A DNA stretch of 45,677 bases from NCBI RefSeq assembly GCF_001186125.1, contig NW_014040279.1:50246-95922 (forward strand). Direction: 5' to 3'. This document shows positions 37,407 through 45,677 of the stretch, piece after piece; position 1 is the stretch's first letter, and every line of letters starts with the position of its first letter. Below the pieces are notes generated by a model. It was not told the origin of the DNA. It ran no database searches and saw only the letters and a program-made list of their open reading frames with translations. This DNA is from Sphaeroforma arctica JP610. Taxonomy: Eukaryota. The translations under genes and the position numbers were made by a program.

Positions 37407-40358
37407 CGGGACTACCATGTACAATCATTACACAGGCAATACAACGACTCTTTAGATGAGCGTGTAATAATCCCTGTAATAAAATCCTTGCGTTGATTGA
37501 TCCTGGTTCAGAAATTTCATGTATATCCGATCGCTTTGCAATAATGAAAGATATCGAAAGGAGACCACAAACAAATCACCTCATTTTAGCTGATGATAAA
37601 ACTTCTAAGTGTGATACCATTGCCACAGATGTTAAAATCTCCTTGGCCGATGATAGGAGTATCACTACCCAAGCTGTGATAGTTAAGATGTCACAGAAGT
37701 ACGACATTATAGTCGGAATGAGCGATTTACTCACTCTAGGTATAACCGTAACTGGTCTACGAAATAACATAGATCCATTAAAGGATCAGTCAGACGATAA
37801 CTGTCTGAATCCATATAAGCCTACGTCAGACACAGTCAAGGCATTAATACCTGACTTTGCGAACAAAATCATGGATCTGATTCTAGTTAATAAAAAGAAA
37901 ATGATCACAGATTGGGCAAAATTCCTTTTTAACGACGGGTATGTCAGCCTTGACTTAACCAAGGTGGACTGTACACAGTTAAAGTGTCCCTCAAGGAACT
38001 ATGTATCCTGGAGACATGAGGCTGTGGTAAAAGAACAAGTTGAGAAATGGCTAGCAGATGGAGTGATAGAAATTAACTATCAACAGACGCCAGTTAACTT
38101 GGCACTGCTAGCCGTAGACCAATATAACTCTGACGGATCGTTTAGGAAAGTCAGAGTATGTTTAGATATGAGTCCAATAAATAAATTATTGCCGACTCAT
38201 AGCTTTCACTTACCTCGTATTAACGAGCTACTGTGATAGATGGAAGGTGCTACAGTATTTACAACTATAGACCTTACACAAGGATACCATCAAATGCAGG
38301 TATATGAACCACATCGTAAATACTTTAGCTTTACGTGGAAAGGTAAGCAATACAGGTTCAGAGGTGTACCTTTCGGGTTACACTCTTTACCAGCATTCTT
38401 CCAACAAGTAATGGAAGAAATGTTTGCACACATGCCTAACGTACAAGTCTATATAGATGACATAGTCATCTTTTCTAAAACTAAGGGCGAACACGCCGCA
38501 TTAGTCAGACGAGTCCTTAAGAGACGCAACGAACAAAACTTCAAGATTAACGAGAAGAAATGTCACTTCGCCATGAGCGAAATACAGCTCTTAGGCTACC
38601 GAATATCTGGGGAAGGTATTAAAATCGACCCCGGTAAGGTAGAACACCTGTTAGATTGGCGAACACCAACTACATGAAGATATGTTAACAGCATGTGTGG
38701 GTTTGTAAACTTTTTTTCAGATGGAGTACCGCACTTGGCTGATTACCTTAACCTTTTGGACACTTAAGATGTCATAAAGGCAAACTAGGAGACTTGTGGA
38801 CTAAAGAGTGTGATGACGCATTTAAAGCGCTCAAGCACGCAGTCCAACAAGCCCCTGTTGTACAAGGACCAGTCGATGGCGTGCCGTTTGAAATAGCAAC
38901 GGACGCCTCCGACTTAGCCTTAGGAGGAGTATTATATCAGGATAGATAACAAACTTAGATATATACAATTCTTTAGTCGAGCAATGAATGCTTCACAGTT
39001 GAATTACCCAACTGTTAAACAAAAGCTATTGGCCATAGTGGCAGCTCTAACACACTTCCGAGATTATATATACGGAACAGTATTTACGCTGATGTGTGAT
39101 CAGAAATCTCTTCAATTTGTTAAAGAGGTGAACCCCGACTCACAATTACTGAGTCGCTGGCATGATACAATATCAAAGTTTCCTTTTGATATAAAACATC
39201 TGCCAGGAATACATAACCATTTACCGGATATGCTATCACGCTTCGTACCGGACTTTAATAAATCCGTACGTGAGTTACTAGCCATTGAATGGAAATGTAA
39301 TCCCAGGTGGTTTGAACTGGCTCAAAAGATATTTGGGCCACATACCATAGATATGTTTGCTGCACATCATTATGCACAACTATCGAATTACAGGACTTTA
39401 AATCATCCTTTGGGAGACGCCTTTCAAATAGACCTCTCCAAACATAATGCGTGGGCTAATCCACCATGGCAGTTAATTGCCCAGCTATTAAATTATGTTC
39501 ATATTCATAAAGCTACCATCACGTTGTGTTGCCCATTACGGAGTAAAGATCCATGGCTCAATAAACTAATAAGCATGATACAATGCGAGCCAATATATTT
39601 AGATAGGGAAGTAAATACTGTCCTATATCAGGGTACCCGAGCCGTCCAGAAGACGCTCTGGAGACATACTATAATATGTCGTATAGGTCCCATTGGAACA
39701 ACCAAATGGACCCCTTCTGAGACCTTCCTTAACAATGTCAAAGAATCAGAGGTTCCACTCTCTACCCAACTGAACGTTAAGCAGTTCAAAGGCAACACTG
39801 CACTTGAAGTCTGTGCACAAGAAATACAATCTACTAATGACACTACTGTTAAGAAGTGTCAGTCTCTAGCTAGGTAGAACTCTGTTTAATAACATAAAGT
39901 CCAAGCTCGAGTTCTTTCAAACCCTATTTCTAAAGGGATTAATGAAAGACAATCCTGAAGCGTATACACATATAATGCGACTATTTAATAAGTCATGTGT
40001 ATCTAGCGCACATGAGCGCACTTATGACACTCATGCGAAAGCAGGACAGGAATCTGAAAACACTACAGACTTAGAGACCACGCAAGTGGATTCTCAACAC
40101 CCTACCTTTATTCTGGAGGAGCAGAATGATGAAAACATTCTTGCTTGGCTGACGCAAAACCATAAGCTGAAGCACCAGAACATAGTAGATGCACTTAAAG
40201 ATGCGAAGTGAAATGGGATCGCGCACCCTAAGCTGGCAACTTTAGTTGACAAAGTATATCAGTCATGTACAGACTGTGATCGCAATCAGATCAAGCGCCA
40301 TGGGTTCGCACCGCTTAAAAGTGTGACTGAAGATGTTCCATGGCGCAGGGTCATTGAT
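37407..40358 (+). pseudogene. pol: pol: protease, reverse transcriptase, RNase H, Dam methyltransferase, integrase N-terminal zinc finger (disrupted)
   Basis: ORF pieces 37493-38236, 38240-38677, 38984-39877 and 39942-40211, continuing *NGIAHPKLATLVDKVYQSCTDCDRNQIKRHGFAPLKSVTEDVPWRRVID. Confidence 0.9.
39287..39690 (+). other. N6-adenine DNA methyltransferase domain (phage Dam / DIRS MT-like) inside pol
   Basis: EWKCNPRWFELAQKIFGPHTIDMFA (motif I) ... GDAFQIDLSKHNAWANPPWQLI (motif IV NPPW at 39458-39469) ... ATITLCCP...DPW, in the same open frame as RNase H. Confidence 0.88.
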
Positions 40359-40894
40359 TGCCATCTTTTTCAGCTTGTGACTTATGCAGGCGTTTACGCC
40401 ATTTTCGATTAAAGGATTTTAAATAGTCTTGATTATCGAAAGCATCTGAAGTCAACTCAGCTATTGTACCGTCTATAAAGCGTGTACGATAGTATGTATA
40501 GCCTCCCTTATCCGTTCTCCATATGATGTCTTTAAATTCAGAACAATCAAGAGGGGCATTCGAGTCATGTCTTCTTGCGAGTACAATCTCTGTAGTAGGA
40601 ATACGACTTGTGCCTATATTAAGAGCACTAGAACCATCGGGGTTATTTACCTCGTATGTTCCACTTTTAGTGTCTGCTACAGAGATTATATATGGACCTA
40701 TCCATTTAGATGTTAATACAGTAGCATCGAAATTACGTTGACGGATGTTAACTCTGTCACCGACCTGATACTCTGCTATCTTCTTGGTAGTGTTCCAACG
40801 CTTTTACCTTTTTAATAAGGCTATATTGCGTATTTCTCGCAAGCAAGGATATACAACGATAAAAATACGTTGTACCTTCTCTAACCATGGTAAC
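40352..40894 (-). pseudogene. Inverted integrase C-terminal region (GPY/F module + chromodomain-like tail)
   Basis: Minus-strand translation: PWLEKVQRIFIVVYPCLREIRNIALLKR*KRWNTTKKIAEYQVGDRVNIRQRNFDATVLTSKWIGPYIISVADTKSGTYEV...FKDIIWRTDKGGYTYYRTRFIDGTIAELTSDAFDNQDYLKSFNRK. Confidence 0.8.
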
Positions 40895-40944
40895 CTTTAA
40901 CAAGGACGAACCTGATCACCATGAGTTACCATGGTTAGAGAAGG
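40875..40944. repeat. Perfect 20-bp inverted repeat at the inversion breakpoint
   Basis: ccttctctaaccatggtaac (40875-40894) / gttaccatggttagagaagg (40925-40944). Confidence 0.95.
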
Positions 40945-42116
40945 ACACAAAGGGGGGCTTTTTTTAATAATATGCCATAGCCTTCTGATTTTTTTTAACG
41001 TTTATTGTTCAATTTTCAAAAGGTTTATCAAACAAAAAAGAAATGTTACAAAATACACTTTTTATATATTTTTTACATGAAGTGAGGCAGAGGTGAGGGA
41101 AGGAGAGAGAGCCAATAACAGAAACCCGATTCTGTACCACTCAAACCACAACAGAAACCACAGCTGCCTCGTCACTCATGTATTTAATTTATATTGCTTT
41201 TGAGGGCTGTGTACACACAACATTACACTTCACTATCCAGAGCATCCACACACAACACAAGAGATATAGAATGAGAAACCCCTCGAAAGAGTCCTGACTC
41301 TCTTTCTCGCCAGCTATAGATCATTTAGTGTCCGAGTTGTGGTGAGTTGATTATCTCAAGCGGAAGTTTATTCGAGATCTGTTCAGGGAAAGCGAGGGAA
41401 CTTCATAAAAAGGATCATTTTTCATATTGTAGTGCAGCAATGAACTAGATACTATTGACCTACCCTCCATGCACTCGTTGCTTTGTAAATATATTGGTCC
41501 AAAAGTTCTGATGAAAAACAGTCTAGCCTCTCCCATGGCAGTGTTCGCTAGACCTCAAATGCGTGTTCCTGGATCTTATGTATCTACTGTGTACATGGAA
41601 GTATATCCTTCCATACTGCCATTTCCGCCGGCTTTATGTAGGTCCCGTATGTATAGTCAATCTGGATTAATCTTATCCATCACAGCGCTGTGGGAGATAC
41701 TTTCCCTTGATCGTAACCATCCCATTCTCTCGCGATCGGTGCAATATAACTGGTATTCGTACCCTTGTATGGTCTATCACCTCGTGCCTGCATTGTATAT
41801 TACACGTGAGAAAGCCCTTTCGCTCGTTATATTTGTCAAATGGTGATTAGATTTTACACTCGAGCCAAGATAACATTCATCTAATGGTCAAGCAATTTTA
41901 AATTTTTATGACGACGTTGATACAACGAACATATGGTTTCTAATCCATGGCATAATGAAGACCAACCAAGTGGACAATTACAGGGATGTGCATACCTTTG
42001 TATGTATGAATATATATACATACATACATATAAAATAGGTATATACATGGAGGCATACATACATAACACTGCGAGGACGCCGCGCAATACAGAGACAATT
42101 GCATGAGTAGACTTAC

Positions 42117-44414
42117 TTTGTGCCAATCGTTATTGTAGGTAACAGAGTCCTCAGTGATGCATTGGTGTGTATACTGACGATATCGTGTAATTCGCTAACC
42201 TGTCGACAATCGGACGGCGACAGAGTGCGAGTGTTTATGTCTAAGAAGCGTAGTTTATTGTAATCGATCCTTCAGCGCAGCGTGGTTGTCCTTCTAAAAC
42301 ACCCCAGCAGTCACTTACAACCACGCATCTACAGAATGTATACAAACACACACAAACACACAAACACACACATAGATTATATATAGATATATATATATAT
42401 ATATTCATGTATTTATGGAAGTACATACATATATATATATATATTTATATATATGTATATGTATATGTATATGTGTTATATATATATACGGACGCTTGTC
42501 ATACCACAATGAGAGCCAAGGGGTATGCGGACGAGTCGCTTCTCGATATGCACATTGGTGAGAAACCTTTCGGCGTCACCAATAATCCAACAGTCTTCTG
42601 TGCGCGTCCTCCTAAAGCTCCTTCGATTTCGCGAACGTGCACTGGACCTAACTTCTTCTTGTAGTTCTTGCATTGTACCATTACACGCGTGTTTTTATCA
42701 AGTGATGACTGGTTATCCGTTCTGTTCTGCAAAGTGTGGGTGTTCCAGCGCTTGGTGGTATGAGTGTGAGAGGCGAGGGACATGTTCTCGGTAGACGGAT
42801 ATCAAGCTATTGGTATGGACAATATTTGCTACTAAAGTGAAGCTGCTAGCAGCACTCGGTATAATTTTCAGGCTCATTTGTACAGAACCATTTGAATGCT
42901 GTCGGTCGTTGCATATTCATATAGCTGCCGATAGATATGTACTGAGCCGTACAGACACCTTTGAATAAATGGTGCCCTGTACGTGTATAAAGGCTCGTTC
43001 GGCTACTTTCTCGTACACTCCTCGGCTCTTACACTATACATCAGCTAAGCCTAAAGTATTGGCTGGGGCAGATAGTTTGCTAACCTTAAGCTGACGCTGA
43101 GAAATATATGGTCAGTTTATATGTAAAGATAGCCGGAACTACACTCAGAGTTAATACCACATGCACCTTCTTATGGACAATCTCTAAAACACGCACGCTG
43201 AAGCTGCACCCCAATACCATTGAAAATTGTGGTACATTATATACCTTCAGAATAACACTTTCATTCAAATGTAGGCTCGGTTTCTACTTCAACGTGGACA
43301 ATTTCGAACCGCTCCACACCCTAAAGTATAGATCACATACCTCGTATGCATCACTTGGCAGGTGCCATGATCCAGCGAGATCAGCGCCTTTGTCGTTAGC
43401 CCCTCCCACGCGATCGAGGTCGAACATGTAACGGTGCAGCACAGCCTGGACGTGCTCTTCATACCTGGCAACACAGTACTGGAAATTAGAATAGTAGTTG
43501 GATGGGATAGGCGTAGAACATGGGTAAGCCTCTCATACCTGAGAACACATACTCGAGTGGTCAGAAAGGTAGTTGACCGGCATGTCCGCAAAGACTGAAT
43601 GTGTGCCTCATACCCAGATAGTCATATTCGACGATCAGAATAATCGTTGGATAGATATTCATAAATACTAGAAAGGATCAGGACCAACAAGAACAGACAT
43701 TTATTAAGTACGTTATCCAAGCAGTGCATGAAGGGTGCCTGTGTCAAGACTAGGCACGTTCATTGTAATTAAGGCACAAAACTACCGATTATTTTGAAGT
43801 AGTAGTTATTATGGGTTTGTATTAAAATTATTCAGGTTTTGATCAAACGGAGACTCACATCTGCAAGCAGACTAGTTTGCCAATGCCAATCAGACTGCAA
43901 TTGTCAGTATCCGAATCACGAGACATTATCCTCCATCAACGACGCGATAAAACAACGGATTGGAAGTGTGTTCTTCCTGTTTATGCATGTGCAATTTATT
44001 GGTTGGTCCTCGTCTGTTCAAATAAGTGATCTGACTAAATGCCAATACATGCACATTTTTGCTAGTGTATTGCGTTGCAGGTAGCGCTATAATACAAACT
44101 GGGCCATTGTGTGTGCCGTTGTCTGTTGCTCAAGACACTACTTGTGCTTTGTGAAGGGTATTCATGCCATGAGAAATTGGGCCCGATCAGATATAGTTTG
44201 CAATCAAATCCATATACGTGACGATAGCTACTACATTTTGAAGTAGCACTATATGGTGTATGGTAGTGACAGAAGTGCAGTCATTAGCCGTATGCGAGTG
44301 ACATGCAGGAATGTAGTTGAGTGAATGTGCATCACGCTATGCATGATCTTATTGTATCATGAACTAGTAGATATGAAGCAAACATCCCAGTATATCAATT
44401 ATACTGATCATCCA

Positions 44415-44476
<62 letters not shown>

Positions 44477-45293
44477 TCTATCTCTCTATTCTTGGCTTTT
44501 GAGTGCATCAGGACGCATTTAAGTGATGAGTGATGAGGCGTTTGTCGACAGCTGGGAATTAATATTGTGGTTACAGTACGACGCGCACAGGAAGCGTCAC
44601 ATAGTATAATAAAACGCGGCTGAGAAGCTGCAGGGGCCGAAAGCGTATAAACATAGGGGTAATTTATTTGCTCATATTCAGACATTCGGGCCTATTGGTT
44701 ATTTGCGTAGGGTCTCGAAGCGTCACATAGTATAATAAACCTCTATTGATTCAGAACGCATCTACGAGCATTGCATTACGACATATGTGTCGTAACCTAG
44801 CATGCAGGATGTTCATGCTTATCATTTCTACACAAATGCTCGTATCGAAACACATAGACTGACTGTAAAATACGAACTTATACATAAATAAATAAAGTAT
44901 ACAATATGTCACCTACCTTGTAATTGCTCGCATGCAGATATTCATGTCGATCATTTACACATAATTGTACACCCAAGTATCGAAACACATAGACTCCACC
45001 ATCATATACATACCTAATCCTATATATATATATTCATATATGTATATATATATATATATATAAATGCAAGATCTAAATACATCATAGTACATTTTATACA
45101 TACTGCAAAATAGTGTGAGATCCCCCGTCGCATACCTAGTACCCGAGACCACAGTCGGCTCATTCACACCCGGGCCAGTCGTCAGAGTGTGAGAGTAACA
45201 TTTGCGCTGCTTAATAGTCTTCAATGCAGAGTGCACACGTGGACGTACAGCAAGGGTATCGCATCTGTAATGAGCGGCGAACAGTGAAGTCAT
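42117..45293 (-). CDS. RRG7: RRG7/DUF2034-like protein (Mrr-type PD-(D/E)xK restriction-endonuclease fold), probably mitochondrial; 3' end unresolved
   Basis: Phase-consistent exons (minus): 45293-45136, 43464-43341, 42726-42505, 42199-42117. Spliced motifs TVVSGTRYEE, LDRVGGANDKGADLAGSWHLP, VMVQCK, LGPVHVREIEG, GLLVTPKGFS. The N-terminus is basic and hydroxylated. Final exon not determined. Confidence 0.78.
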
Positions 45294-45578
45294 AAGCGTG
45301 CGAAAAGAAGGGATACTGGGAAAATATACCCATTTGCAGCCACTGTTTTAAAGGATGTCCAGGCACATATCTGGGGTCAAATATACCGTTAAAGTATACT
45401 GAGTCCATTTAAGGTCTACTGACAACCAGATCATTCAAGATGGACCTTATTTATACACAACTCATACTAATAAATTCATTTGTAAATCAATGCGTAGTAT
45501 GAAATGTATATTTGTACATAATCATAATCATAATTGAATTATATATATATATATATGGATAGATAAACATACATACAT

Positions 45579-45640
<62 letters not shown>

Positions 45641-45677
45641 ACGTGTGTGTGTGTATCATGTGGATATATAATATAAA

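Larger units (their letters stand above)
35798..40944 (+). mobile_element. Decayed, rearranged Ty3/Gypsy LTR retrotransposon carrying a Dam-like methyltransferase
   Basis: Order is LTR, gag (Zn knuckles), PR (LIDPGSEISCI), RT (KVRVCLD, IDLTQGYHQ, PFGL, YIDD), RNase H (ATDAS, LLAIV, DQKSL, DMLSR), Dam, IN HHCC, with an inverted IN C-terminus. Multiple stops and frameshifts. No 3' LTR seen. Confidence 0.9.

Noticed and set aside
35798..40944. Classifying the retroelement as DIRS because of the Dam domain and nearby YR
   Set aside because: It has a protease, HHCC, GPY/F and a TG..CA LTR-like end. The YR is on the opposite strand, outside the LTR, and carries Crypton-type GCR1_C.
39287..45293. 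Dam methylase + Mrr-like nuclease as a restriction-modification pair
   Set aside because: The nuclease-fold gene is an intron-containing host RRG7-like gene and the methylase sits in a decayed transposon. Proximity alone gives no functional link.

Overview
Intron-rich eukaryotic genomic DNA with GT-AG introns (GTATGT/GTAAGT/GTGAGT donors), long (TA)n/(TG)n microsatellites and three N-gaps. The style suggests a unicellular opisthokont such as an ichthyosporean; this is inference only. By manual splicing I reconstruct five host genes: an HSL/GDXG-family alpha/beta hydrolase (-), a cupin + DUF952 fusion (+), NOL10/ENP2 (+), a ~1680-aa type-I membrane protein with CnaB/SdrD-B-like repeats and possible ZP-like modules (-), and an RRG7-like Mrr-type nuclease-fold protein (-). 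A mobile-element nest at ~32.7-41 kb holds a MITE, a decayed Crypton (tyrosine recombinase + GCR1_C) and a decayed Ty3/Gypsy LTR retrotransposon. The standout is the Gypsy pol: it carries a DIRS/phage-type N6-adenine DNA methyltransferase (Dam, NPPW) in frame after RNase H, yet it is followed by integrase parts (HHCC, GPY/F, chromo-like), and the integrase C-terminus is inverted. A second pattern is that introns contain degenerate copies of neighbouring exon ends and tandem repeats that start at splice sites.
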